A DNA stretch of 63,658 nucleotides, the filler included, from Dicyema japonicum (taxonomy: Eukaryota; Animalia; Dicyemida), in NCBI GenBank assembly GCA_011109175.1. It is 11 parts of 11 records of this genome, joined end to end, with 100 filler letters (N's around TTAATTAATTAA, not from the genome) between each part and the next. Parts side by side here need not be neighbours in the genome. Positions count along the whole stretch, not along the records: positions 1 to 3,734 come from RDEW01000102.1; positions 3,835 to 12,235 come from RDEW01000229.1; positions 12,336 to 41,314 come from RDEW01000114.1; 8 more parts are not named here. The stretch is one strand, 5' to 3'. Below are positions 1 through 12,599 of this stretch, one piece after another. How positions within the stretch are numbered: the stretch's first letter is position 1; each line of letters opens with the position of its first letter. The position numbers and the translations under genes are program-made. The notes beneath the pieces are model-generated. The model was not told where the DNA came from. It ran no database searches and was given only the letters and a program-made list of their open reading frames with translations.

Positions 1-559
1 TCCAACGCTCCGTTACTCTGAAATCCCTCTTTTGAATTTCCTCAATTTTCCTCATATTTGTCCAAGATATTTTTTAATTAAAAAAACATTTAAAAAAATT
101 TAAAAATTTAACAAATAAATTTAATTTTTTCTGTGCATTGTAGTGAATTATGAGTAATACATATATTAAAGAGCCACCAACATCTGGAAAAGTAATCCAA
201 TAAAGTTAATATTACTAGGTTAGACTAAAAACAACAGTTGGAGACATTGATATTGAACTGTGGACCAAAGAAGCCCCGTCAATTCCTCATAGGTGATCTG
301 TGCTGCATACAGCACTAGGGAGATGTCACCCAGTGACCCTTCTGGCTTAGTTTCCGCTGTATAAGCCACAGTTTTATTGATGCAGTTTAACACTACTCCA
401 TTAATCCTACAATGAGGGATCTTGCGAATAAATCTAGAATCCTCGAGTGGGACATTTGCCACGGCAGCGAGATTCCGCGCGAAGACCTCATAAACATTTT
501 TGAGCTGCAACGTATAGCTCTGGTGCTCGTGCTCTTTTTGACAGTTGTGGTCACCTGGT

Positions 560-965
560 CCCCACCCCTTTAGATTAGTACCCTCTTTGCCTACAGCTAT
601 TTTCTTAATTTTATGGTGTCGGCGTCAACTAGAATGGAGCAACCGCACAAGTTGTAATTGGTCTCACTCCTTGCGAGTGGTTTGTGGTGATTATTTAGCT
701 AATCATCAGAACACACTGATCGGTGTTAGTGTATTATTAGATTTTGTAGGTGGAATTGGAAAAGTTGTCAAAGTTGATGAGAGCATGTTCTCTAACGAAA
801 AAACAATGCATGAAAAATTCTTCTTCAACAATGGGTTTTTGGGGTAATTTGTCGGGGAAATAAAGACTGTTTCCTAGAGATGGTTTCTGATCGGCCGAAA
901 AGAACTCTAACAGCGACGATACAGCGAAATATCGCATCGGGATTAGTGATGCACACTGATTCATA
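560..965 (+). mobile_element. Merlin (IS1016/ISXO2-like) DDE transposase remnant, frameshifted and 3'-truncated
   Basis: Translations LIG-GIGKVVKVDESMF (ORF 545-847) and, one frame over, QQWVFGVICRGNKDCFLEMVSDRPKRTLTATIQRNIASGLVMHTD match the Merlin pattern IGG.G..VEIDES...QWVFG...CF...V.DR...TL...I...I..G..I.TD. Confidence 0.8.
723..749 (+). other. 27-nt GT-AG micro-intron within the Merlin transposase
   Basis: Removing gtgttagtgtattattagattttgtag converts LIG(VSVLLDFV)GGIGK to LIGGIGKVVKVDES, the canonical Merlin motif. It is in-frame and stop-free. Confidence 0.6.
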
Positions 966-1011
966 TTTCGCAGGTCATGTGGCTCACCAGAAATGGTGTC
1001 ACCCATTCTAA

Positions 1012-3733
1012 AAAAGAACGAAAAGAGCCAACAGCTTCTCTTCACCGTCCGGTGGTCTTTTCATCTCCTGTGTCATCGACCCTATCTGGTGTCTCCATTT
1101 GTCCAGACTTTTGATTCTTCTATGTGGAGACGTCGAACCCAATCCTGGTCCATGGAGAGGTTTTACAATTATACAACTGAATACGAATTGGATTAGGAAG
1201 AAAATCTTTAAACTCCGGGAACTCCTCCGCGAAAATGAGGCTGATTTCGCTTTAATACAGGAGTCCAAGCTTTCTCCTTCCATACAAACACCCTCTTTTC
1301 CCGGATACACAGTGATCCGTAAAGATCGTCAGGGAGGACGCGGAGGAGGACTACTTACTATTATAAAGAACGATATTCCTTTTATGGATACAACTCAAAG
1401 AACCTCAGAGCTTCTTTGCACCGACAAGACTTTGGAGCAGATTACTGTCAAAATCGAGTTATTCCTGTCCTTTTGGATCCATTTGGCTAATTTATATATT
1501 CCACCACAAGGATCGTGTCCGACATCTTACACCCCTGATATATCACGCATTTCAACATTGTAAAATCTACTGTTATGTGGGGATCTTAATGCACGACATT
1601 CAGTTTGGCTCACTTCCCAATCCTCTGATAACCGATTAGAACTCATTGCAAATTATCTTCCTGACTTGATTATACTGAACACCATAACTCACATACGAGG
1701 ACCTCATAATGTATGACTGATTGCTACACATCCCCCGACTTAACACTATGCTCACCTTCTTTGGCTGGACTCATTTCCTGGAACGTCTTTTACGGCTTTT
1801 CCAGTGACCACAATCCAATCCTTCTAAAATTGATAAGTCTTCGACGATGCAGGAGACGGCCGGCGGAATCAAAAAGATTTAAGGATTATACGAAGGTTGA
1901 CTGGTCCGGTTTCATTAACCTTGGTGATAAATTCCTGGCCCGGAGATTATCTTCCCCAATACGCTCAATTGATGAGGCCGCAAAAATTATCAGCGCTGCC
2001 ATTCAGAAAGCTGACCATATTTTTACTCCTATATCGTCATACAAGAAGTTTATTCCTACCCTCAGCTCTTATACAATAAGTCTTATAAAACAAAGAGACC
2101 GGCTGAAGAGATGCCATCTGATGGACATGAAGTCTTTGACAGCCTTCAGACAACTAAATAACCTACATCCTAACACCCTTATGAAACATTACGCTGGAAT
2201 TAGCTTCAAACCATTCTCGAAACACCTGGACATTAAGGTGCGTGTCCATAAACCGAAGAAGGAACCTAACCACGAACTATTTACAGATGACCAAGTCTTG
2301 GATGTTATTACCAGATTAAAGAGCTCACGGGCGTGCGGTCCTGACAAAGTATCTTCTATTTACCTAAAACACCTAAGCCACTACGCAATTGGCTACCTCA
2401 CGCATATATACAACCTGTCCATTAACTATAATATTATTCCCAAGATTTGGAAGAATTCTATCATCAGACCGATATTGAAGGCTGGGAAACCAGAGACAGA
2501 ACCTGCCTCCTACAGGCCTATTTCCGTTACCAGCACACTGTCAAAAATTATGGAGAAACTTGTATTATCAGTCATTATTCCGTATCTTCCACGTCCTATA
2601 TTTCAACATGGTTTCCTCCGCGGTAGGTCCACCGCTACATACTTGGCAACCCTATCGCAGTTCATTGCCGACGGTTTTAACACCCATCCCCCGCCTCACA
2701 AACGCACAATCTTGGTTTCTATTGACATCAACAAAGCCTTTGACACTGTTTCGAGGAAAATCCTGGTTGGAAAAATATTTTCTACTAATATTCGTCCGAA
2801 TGTGAAATTATGGCTGGCCAACTTTTTGTCTGGAAGACGTGGAAGAGTAGTCAGTGGTGATCTCAGATCTAGATCACGATTACTACCGAACGGGGTACCC
2901 TAGGGGTCTCCACTTTCACCAATTATATTCAACTTATTCCTACACGACCTACCTAATGATGTAGACGAAGATTCCCTGCTATTATCCTACGCAGACGATG
3001 TAGTCATTGCAATACGGAACCGCTCGACACAAGTCGCATCCTTTAGGAATCAGGCAAAATTGAACACTCTCCACGATTGGATTGTTGGCAATCGACTTAC
3101 GATTTCTGCAACCAAGTCCATATGTTCCACTTTCACTTCGGACCGTCGTTCTAAGGATGAACCGAGTATCTTTATTGGTCCCACTCGGATTCCAGTGACA
3201 AGGTTCCCCACTGTCCCTGGAGTCACGTACGACAGTCTACTTAATTTCAACTCCCACGCAAAAGAATGATAACCAGGGGCCTCCAGAAAATTAACGTTTT
3301 ACGCGCCCTTGTAAGAGGACCCCGAGGAACATGGACTTTTCTGTTTCTACCCTCTACCAACAAACAATCGCGCCAGCCGTTGAGTATGCCTCCGATGCAT
3401 GGAGATACGCGCTATCGGAGTCTATGGTCGAAATAGTCAACTCAATACACCAGAAAACAATCAATGTGTTTAGCCCACGTAATGGATCAAAAGTCAACCC
3501 ACTACTCATGGAAGCTAAGATCCGTAGTCATGGCTCCGGATTTCTTCGCTTCTGTGAGGAAGATGGAAACCCGCTTCGCCTGATCTTTTCCATGGCAAGA
3601 GAAAACCGATTGGATAAAAAATTCCCCTCCCCGATCGGATTCCTCTGCAAGACCGAGAGAAGGCTCTTCCGGAAAGTAGTGGGGACAATGGAAGATCACA
3701 GACGTCGAATGGCACAATTGATTGCGAGGACTG
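1012..3733 (+). mobile_element. Non-LTR retrotransposon (I-group, Ingi/Vingi-like): 2A peptide + APE endonuclease + reverse transcriptase; disrupted
   Basis: APE motifs FTIIQLN, FALIQESKL, RKDRQGGRGGGLL, LLCGDLNARH and SSDHNPI. RT motifs GPDKV, YRPISVTS, QHGFLRGRST, IDINKAFDTV, GVP*GSPLSP and SYADD. No RNase H seen. Stops at 1561 and 2901 plus frameshifts; runs into a gap. Confidence 0.9.
1099..1152 (+). other. 2A-like ribosomal skipping (StopGo) peptide LSRLLILLCGDVEPNPG|P
   Basis: Exact D(V/I)ExNPGP consensus preceded by a Leu-rich helix, in frame with and directly upstream of the APE domain. Confidence 0.85.
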
Positions 3734-3778
3734 GNNNNNNNNNNNNNNNNNNNNNNNNNNNNNNNNNNNNNNNNNNNN

Positions 3779-3790
3779 TTAATTAATTAA
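3779..3790. other. Artificial six-frame-stop linker TTAATTAATTAA inside an assembly gap (recurs in about ten ~100-nt gaps)
   Basis: The identical 12-mer is flanked by N runs near 3779, 12280, 41359, 44127, 46110, 52331, 53957, 55676, 59035 and 61953. Confidence 0.95.
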
Positions 3791-3939
3791 NNNNNNNNNN
3801 NNNNNNNNNNNNNNNNNNNNNNNNNNNNNNNNNNGAGCGGCCATCCTTGACTGAAAGGAACTTCTAGCAATTGCTAACTGTTTGTTTTTAAATAAGTTAT
3901 TAAAATTAAACAAAAAAGTTTCATTATAAAAATATCAAG

Positions 3940-4620
3940 GTATGAGATTGGTTGTAGGATAACATGATTTTATGTATCGTAATTATGTTAAAATTTAAGG
4001 ATCACAAACCACTTGTATTAATGAACCTTCTGATGCTGTTGTTTTTCAGATGAAAGCGAAGAGAAATTTAATGTAGATTTGTATAAGACCTCTCTAAGGA
4101 CGATATTCTCCCACAAATGCATGGTAAGACATTTTCGCTTTCAGACGCTCGACTGGGTGATTTGAAGGATATTAGTAGCAGTGATTATCCATTTTACTAC
4201 ATGATGGTCAACGTCTGAATAAATCCATTTCACTGTGAATACGTGGGTTGCAAGTAAATCATTCTGCCAATAAGAATTTAGATGAAGCTAATGAAATCAA
4301 GTTAATTTAAAAATTGAGTGTTTAGCCGGAATATTTCGTGAATGACTGTATGTCCGAGTGTTCGACCAATCCTGTCAATGTAATATTTCTCACAATTACT
4401 CGTATTAGCCATGTCATTTTTATCCCCAAAACATTACGAATGTTAGAATAATAATGTAAATTTATCCCCATTTTTTGAATTATCGTATGATTAGAAAAAA
4501 AGATGAATTAACGGCCATTATTGTATAATCATTGGATCATTAGTATTATCGAAATATTACGTAACTTGTCATTATACGCAGAATGTACTAGTTATGAGTG
4601 CTACACCACTTTTCTTGAAT
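3940..4620 (+). pseudogene. Possible micro-intron-containing gene or relic, product unknown
   Basis: Several 21-26-nt GT..AG T-rich segments (gtatcgtaattatgttaaaatttaag, gtaagacattttcgctttcag, gtaacttgtcattatacgcag) lie between short open stretches. I could not assemble a clean model. Confidence 0.25.
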
Positions 4621-7189
4621 CTATCAATTTTCATTTAAAATTTATGTCGTCGATCCTCTGAGAAAATTTTCTGTTTTATTATTTTGTTGTTATTCATGAA
4701 TTGTGATGTTGAGGAGGGTGGTTAAGGAGAAGACAAGAATACGTAGAAATTGTTTGTTTGAATGATAGTAATGTGAAAAGTTTTGAAATATGTTTTATTT
4801 ACTTTTGAATATGTAGAAAAATAATCCACATACTGATTCTCTGTTTACGTTTGAAGTCACTGACTTCCAAAAAATAAGGTTAGCGATAGGCGATCGTTCA
4901 TCGTAAAGTGAGCTTTATATAAAAAGTTGCGCAACTTTTACGTGAAATTACATAATTATTAATTCATTTTTGATCAAATAGAGATACCATTCATCTTCGT
5001 GCACGTAAGTGTGGCTAGAAGTTTACGAGATTATTGAAGAGGGAAAAGACTTCTTTCTTAAATAACAGTTGTTCCGATCAATCGGATGCAACTTGAAAAA
5101 ATTTCAACTGAAAGTCAATCCTTTACAATTCAAGAAATATCAATCAACAATCCCTTTGCTTACCGAAAGGCAGAATATAGTCATTCGAGTTCCTCCATAG
5201 TGTTATTTCAAGATTAGAGATTTGTGTTGATTTTTTAGAATCCATAACTTTATAAGTTTCTGACGTTTCATGTATAGAAACTCACAATTCAACCATTTCA
5301 CTCATGAAAAAAGAAAAACAAGGACAATGTTATATTTACATGAGATTATTAACGCATTGAGTGATCCCTCTAACGAGATGATTTATTGGTGTCTCTTCAG
5401 GTTCCACCGCTTACATTNAAAATTTCAACTGAAAGTCAACCCTTTACAATTCAAGAAATATCAATCAACAATCCCTTTGCTTACCGAAAGGCAGAATATA
5501 GTCATTCGAGTTCCTTCATAGTGTTATTTCAAGATTAGAGATTTGTGTTGATTTTTTAGAATCCATAACTTTATAAGTTTCTGAAGTTTCATGTATAGAA
5601 ACTCACAATTCAACCATTTCACTCATGAAAAAAGAAAAACAAGGACAATGTTATATTTACATGAGATTATTAACGCATTGAGTGATCCCTCTAACGAGAT
5701 GATTTATGAGTGTCTCTTCAGGTTCCACCGCTTACATTTTCTCATCTCCCACTGGTTACATGGTCAAATAGTTCTTTTCATTTGCTCTGTTCCTTTTCTC
5801 ATTCCACTTAGTGGTGTTGTGATCAACTTATCTCAGCTGACCCCATGTGCCAGGATGGATGAAAAAGGATCATTAGCTCTCCTCCAAATTATTGGAAGGG
5901 TTCACACAAATGCTAAGACTGGATGTGTTATCACTTTTTTGGTCCAAGACGTGGAGACTATAAACTTAAATGGACATAGTCATTTACAACAATTTTCATG
6001 AAGACGGATCTTTCGGGGTGAACTGTAAAGTCAAAAATCATTCTAAACACGTGAAAGCTATAAGAAAGACTGTTAATATAGAATTTGCAATTTTTGGCTC
6101 ACTTCTTTAATTTTGAAGTTTGGTGAAATTGTCAAAATTTCGAATCTATAAAGTTCATTTGCATCGCCAATAAATTTAATTGAGGTATAAGTTAGGGGAG
6201 CCGTAATATTTATTGCTCACCATAGGCAAAAAATACTTTATTGGAGTTAAAAACAGTTTACTAACTAATCGTTGGACATCAATAATTTAAAATCATTACT
6301 TTTTTATTTTTTGATTTATTTTTTTTAAAAATCATCATATCTAAAATACTCATGATATATTCTTTGCAATTGATGATGCAATATGTCGGCCAATAATGTA
6401 CATTGAAACAGCCCTGGTGGTAAGGAATAGTACTGGTTACATAATTAAATCTCAGCTTAGAGGGAACTCAGATTTTACTTAACAAGTATGAAGTAAAATA
6501 ATATTTTGTTGAACAGGGAGAACATAACCATATGATGCGGCTGAAGAGTAATAATTTTTATATCTGCATAAGATGATACATCAGAGTAGCTCTTTTACTA
6601 AATAAATCCTAAATATAGAAAATCTGATGAACTTTTACCATGATCAAGGGTCTCTTAATAAAAATTTATAATTAATGTGTAAATAATTTATTATGTAACA
6701 AAATGATCAAAGTTATCCAGCTATGTAATTAATTGCTGTTTCCCCTGACAACTGCCAGAAAAATCCTTTTGAACAGCCTCTCAGTTATCATAGACCCGAA
6801 CGGCTTTTGAAAAAGACCGTCTTGGGCTTGAGGACTCCGCTCGTGACTATGACTACAGGCTGAATCTTGTTAGAGGCTGTCATATTTTCTTATTTTGAAA
6901 TTCTCGAAAATACATGCAGCGTAGCTTGAAAGTCTAGACTTAAATGATATCAATGCAGGCAACATCTAAATCAACCATTTCTCCCGAGGGAAGGAAAACT
7001 CAGTTATCCCATCCGGGCGTTTTCAATGTCCACGATCTAGGGCCCTTCGGTTCCAGTGATGACGGAAATCTAACTGCATCAAGAGAGCGCTTCACAATCC
7101 AGTTAATGGTGTAATGCCTCGCGATCCCGCCATTCCTGTGACGGTAAGAGAGCGGGTGAAACACTTGTAACATTACTATTGTTATTATA

Positions 7190-7265
7190 GAGGGCCGATA
7201 AATTATTGTCAAGGGAAAAATTTATATCATTGGTGCAATAAGAAGAAAAAGGTTGAGAAACACTG
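7190..7265. mobile_element. hAT/Charlie-type MITE terminus
   Basis: ggttgagaaacactg (7251-7265) is the reverse complement of CAGTGTTTCTCAACC, a typical Charlie-type TIR. Confidence 0.45.
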
Positions 7266-7989
7266 GTTTAGAGAATCAGATTTTTAAACGATCAAGCGAC
7301 TCTGAGCGCTGCTGGTTATTTAAGCGAATCTCACTCGCCATCCTGATAGGGAATTGCCATGCAGTCAGGGCGGCCTCTATATAATCATTTTCTACTATTT
7401 TCCGAAATAAATTGTCGATTTATTTTGTCATGTAAATTAAAGGACTTTCGAATTCTCCCTTTTGAATTTCCTATAGCTACCAATATTGCTTCAAATAATA
7501 AATTTGATTGAAAAAAAATATTTTTAACGAACAGACATTTAAATATCACTTGAGAATTCTATAGCTACACAAGATATTTTTCCACAAATAATACCAGATC
7601 TTATTCGAAATTCCATTTTCTTGTAAAAATTTAATAGTGTCTTTATTTTGAGGGAGATTAAAAAAATAATTGTTTTCCGTATGAATAGTACTCACAACAG
7701 AGTATTATTATAAACAAAATGCGTAAAATCATAATAGCTATAATTTCACTTGTGCAGCACTCGAAACAATCATCTGAACCAACTTCTTCTAAGACTTGGT
7801 GGACAACAAAGTATATTCGTATATAAAAAATTCAAAAAATTTTTTAATAAAAAATAAAATTATTCAAAAGTGAATAAGAATTAAATATTTCATTTGTAAC
7901 TTAAAAAATTATCATATATTGATTTTGTTCAAAGAATGGAGCGGTCATCAAATAAACAAGAACCGATTTTTACTTCAAGTAGAAGACTA

Positions 7990-8450
7990 ACAAATTATGC
8001 ATTTCTTAACCCTTAATGGAGATTCAATTCTTCCACAAGCTCTGTCAAGTTATTAGGTATCACGTACGACTTCCTCACGACATTCAGTATACACGTTATT
8101 AATGTCATCTCTTCTCAACGAAAACTAAACTTTGTAAAAACACTCTTTTGAGTCTACAAAATCCGCTTCAACTCAACGTTTAATCGAGTCCATAATACAA
8201 CCGATAATCAGCTATGGCTGTGCTGCATGGAGGGACAAACCTGTTGAATACGAATCTGAAGAAGATTAATTTCTTTCAAGCATACACACTAAAGCTTTAC
8301 AATTGTTCTCCCCGTTCTCCTCCTCACCACTAAGATCAACTCCTTTCGAAAAAACTTATGAGGAAAATGGGAGCCATATAGACACCTCCGATATTCCCAA
8401 AGTGACTCGTACATAGAAAAAGTGTTTTGGTTCTCGTAACGAAAACCGGC
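7990..8450 (+). mobile_element. Degraded LINE RT C-terminal remnant
   Basis: TLNGDSI..SVKLLGITYD..TFSIHV..IIQPIISYGCAAW, with frameshifts. Confidence 0.65.
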
Positions 8451-9271
8451 TGCTTAAGGAAGCCGGGATCATCTGACGGCTATATATTCCCTTTTAATCT
8501 TACAAATCGACTTTCATTTGCCTTGGAAATGGACATGTTAATTACTTATAAAAATCTTAATTTTATGTTTGAAAAATAGAATTAATTTTGTTTTTAAAAA
8601 CGAAATGAGATTATTCACAAAAGTAAAAAAATTCAAAATTTTATTCTCGGGATTCGTTTGATAAAGCCCGTTATTCTTATTGAGAAAATGGTGAACCTCT
8701 TTAGACAAAGATCAATGGGCATGCTATTAGGAAACCTGAAGATCTTGGCCACTTCTACGAAGAAATAGGAAGAACAGTATAAAAATCAATAATATTTGCA
8801 AAGTTACCATGACAATAAAAAACTTAAAAATGGACGTCTCTCTGAACCAGACAGCATCAAACGAAAATTTCTAAAATATGGACCCCCCAAACTTGTTGAT
8901 AAAATGACGACACTTCCAAATGCTAACTTTCCAGAGTCCATCCGGAATCAGCATAAAAAGAAAAAGACGTCCATGTTTTTCTGATTTGTGACGTTCTTGA
9001 ATAGTGGGAATATGTTTTTCTCTCAAATCAACAGAACTTGCTTTTTAGTTCTCTGATTAAGATAATTTCTACTCCCAAAATCTTCATCTTCAATCTTCAC
9101 AAATGCATTCGATAGATGAGGCCGCAAAAAGTATCCGTGTGGGTATTCAAAAGGCTGGCAATGTAAATCAGAGTTGGAAGATGCAAATGGAACGGGTACC
9201 CCTTCTCCAGAACACATTTATACCCTAACCTACTTATATATCATTCTCTGCTATCAAACATTCTGAAACAC

Positions 9272-9560
9272 ATGGATATCAATTTACGTGCCCATCAACC
9301 GAAAAAGGAACATTTCCAAGAACTATACTCCGACGAGCAGATCTCAGGGGTTATCGCCAGATTAAAAAACTCACGGGCCCTGACAATGTATCTTCGATTC
9401 ATCCAAAACACCAAAGCCACTATGCAATTGGCTACCACGCAAATATTTAACGTCCATTATTCCCAAGATTTTGAAGAACTCCATTATCAAATCAGTTTCG
9501 AAGGCTGAAAAATCGGAGGGAGAACCTTCTTCATACAGGCCGATCTCCCTTCAACTTATA
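9272..9560 (+). mobile_element. Degraded copy of the same LINE family as 1012-3733 (pre-RT region)
   Basis: DINLRAHQPKKEHFQELYSDEQISGVIARLKNSRA aligns with DIKVRVHKPKKEPNHELFTDDQVLDVITRLKSSRA of ORF 1713-2903. Confidence 0.7.
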
Positions 9561-9691
9561 CATAAATTTGAAAAATACCTTCGGCGCATTTTCCTTTCTG
9601 TAGCACAACGCAATATCCCTAAGCGCGTTTGGATATCCTTATAGCGCTTACATCACTAACCATTCCAGAGAAGGACGCCTGCCTTCCCCTC

Positions 9692-9919
9692 CTAGAGTAC
9701 CTTTTCCGTAGTTTTTTGATACAGAGGGAATCTTGAATGGCTCGCCCTGTGTCCCTCATCCCAGCAGTTCACGAACTTGAGAGACCTGACTTTTGATTGG
9801 CAGGCCTTCTGCGAATTTGGACCCCCGCTCTCTGCCTCTGCTTCAGAACGAAGCCTGACCTTCATGGTCCGGAGTCTCCTTCCTCCGCTTGTAGAGTCCT
9901 TCTTGATGTGTTCGACCAC
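9692..9919 (-). mobile_element. Possible gag/ORF1-like fragment with a degenerate zinc knuckle
   Basis: VNCWDEGHRASHS resembles Cx2Cx4Hx4C with ligands lost; lies in locally GC-richer sequence. Confidence 0.3.
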
Positions 9920-10845
9920 ATTATCAAAAAAACAGGTTGCTTATGTGACATAATATAAGAAAAATAGTAATGTTAATAAATCCAAGGCATAATNNNNNNN
10001 NNNNNNNNNNNNNNNNNNNNNNNNNNNNNNNNNNNNNNNNNNNNNNNNNNNNNNNNNNNNNNNNNNNNNNNNNNNNNNNNNNNNNNNNNNNNNNNNNNNN
10101 NNNNNNNNNNNNNNNNNNNNNNNNNNNNNNNNNNNNNNNNNNNNNNNNNNNNNNNNNNNNNNNNNNNNNNNNNNNNNNNNNNNNNNNNNNNNNNNNNNNN
10201 NNNNNNNNNNNNNNNNNNNNNNNNNNNNNNNNNNNNNNNNNNNNNNNNNNNNNNNNNNNNNNNNNNNNNNNNNNNNNNNNNNNNNNNNNNNNNNNNNNNN
10301 NNNNNNNNNNNNNNNNNNNNNNNNNNNNNNNNNNNNNNNNNNNNNNNNNNNNNNNNNNNNNNNNNNNNNNNNNNNNNNNNNNNNNNNNNNNNNNNNNNNN
10401 NNNNNNNNNNNNNNNNNNNNNNNNNNNNNNNNNNNNNNNNNNNNNNNNNNNNNNNNNNNNNNNNNNNNNNNNNNNNNNNNNNNNNNNNNNNNNNNNNNNN
10501 NNNNNNNNNNNNNNNNNNNNNNNNNNNNNNNNNNNNNNNNNNNNNNNNNNNNNNNNNNNNNNNNNNNNNNNNNNNNNNNNNNNNNNNNNNNNNNNNNNNN
10601 NNNNNNNNNNNNNNNNNNNNNNNNNNNNNNNNNNNNNNNNNNNNNNNNNNNNNNNNNNNNNNNNNNNNNNNNNNNNNNNNNNNNNNNNNNNNNNNNNNNN
10701 NNNNNNNNNNNNNNNNNNNNNNNNNNNNNNNNNNNNNNNNNNNNNNNNNNNNNNNNNNNNNNNNNNNNNNNNNNNNNNNNNNNNNNNNNNNNNNNNNNNN
10801 NNNNNNNNNNNNNNNNNNNNNNNNNNNNNNNNNNNNNNNNNNNAT

Positions 10846-11070
10846 TTTGGTAGAGATCGTCTTTTTTAAAAATTAAAAACAAAACTATGTGGTGTAACGA
10901 AATTTGAAATCGCTGGTTTTGTTAATCAAACACGTTTTTTTTGTTAATCAAAACGTCTCTTGTCAACAAAACAAATGATTACTCCCATAATCGCGATGGG
11001 CCTAGAGATCGTTATATTGCCGATCTCATAGATCTCAGGAGATTCTCGTCTATAAACGACTTCAGACTTG
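10846..11070 (+). mobile_element. Ginger/GIN-like integrase-type transposon fragment (end of H2C2 finger to start of catalytic core)
   Basis: GRDRLF..CGVTKFEIAGFVNQ..ITPIIA.GPRDRYIADLIDLRRFSSIND, resembling the PRERY..DL.D start of the integrase core. Confidence 0.55.
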
Positions 11071-12599
11071 AATTAATTGAATATTTTTTTAATTTTTTGA
11101 AAAGTTAAACATTTCATATTAGGTATACTAGGAATATGGAAGCAAAGTATAGGAACGTGCGTACTTACGTCGATAATTTTAAATTCTCGCTTCATGTGGC
11201 TACATTCAAGAACAGTGAAATTAGCAAACTTGGTAAAGAACTTAACATTGAACGTCGAATACAATATTATCCTCGTACAAATTAGATTTTTAACAAGACA
11301 ATAACGAGAAAAATATCCAAAATGTTCGATAAGTTTTAAGATTAAAAAGTGAAGTTCTAAAGATTCAAAGTTCATGCTCGACACTTTTTGAAAGTTTATT
11401 ATTGCAGCTAATTCAGAACGTGAAGATTATACAATGAATAAGCATTTTTGACTACAACATATCCTTGTAAAGCCAATAAATATATTTCAAAAAATCTTCT
11501 AATGAGTGGGATTTTGAAATACTAAATATTCTAATAAAAGTCGATAACCATTTGCTTATGCAATCCTAGAAGATGTTGAGTTTTTCACTAATATCATAGA
11601 TTCTCACAGAAAATGGAAATTTTAAAACAGAAAATATAAATCACTATTTGATTTCAAATGTTAGAATTTATGTGGAAAAAACAAATTCAGATAATTGTTT
11701 TAATTCAGTTACCCTTGTTTGGAGAGTGACAATTTTTCAAAAATTCCAATAAAATTTAAAAATATTAATATAAAAACTTATACTTTAAAAAATTATCAGA
11801 CCTCAAAATTTTAAGTATAGAAAAATCAAATATCAAGAATATTCAATTTTTATACAGCCAAAGGTAGATTTGGAAGTTAAGCAATGATGCTTACTTCCAG
11901 AGAGGTTGTGAATACTGGTGATGTCTTCGCAACTCTTTCCCGATAGCCAAAGGTAGATTTGGAAGTTAAGCAATGATGCTTACTTCCAGAGAGGTTGTGA
12001 ATACTGCTGATGTCTTCGCAACTCTTTCCCGATAGCAATTAACAAAGATTGTGGAAATGTAAAGAAGAAATTCGAAAATACAGACGACCTAAGTGCCCTT
12101 CGATAACTCGCATATTCAATGAGAGCGTGAAGGAATCCAACAAGGGTGTTGATGATAGTACGAAAAGATAATTTATGTGAAAATGAGACATTTCTTCTCA
12201 AGTTTAGTTCAAATAATATACAGTCTATTCTAGTTNNNNNNNNNNNNNNNNNNNNNNNNNNNNNNNNNNNNNNNNNNNNTTAATTAATTAANNNNNNNNN
12301 NNNNNNNNNNNNNNNNNNNNNNNNNNNNNNNNNNNATTTCCTCTTGTTTGCCTCTCCACAGATAATGCAGGGGATAGACGTGCGAGAAATATGTCTTTAA
12401 GTTTCGGTGTTGGTTTCGGACAAAAAAATAATTAATAATAATAGATTAGTCAATTTAAATTTAAATATTAAAAATCAACTTCATACGGATGGTCACGTTA
12501 TTGTGTTCGCTGACAAAAAAATTTTAGCGTGGCGTTATGAGGTTCACCAATTTTGTAAATATTGGTAATTCCCGGAGGGCATCTAATGTTCCTCCATAG

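Noticed and set aside
200-540. Fourth SINE copy on the minus strand (ggaatctcgctgcc resembles the B-box region)
   Set aside because: Only a short match with degenerate boxes; the body is not alignable to copies A-C and no TSD was found.
9941-10882. Long ORFs of 136-349 aa at 9941-10882, 23410-24459 and 31163-31657
   Set aside because: They consist almost entirely of N-gap translation (X) and are artefacts.
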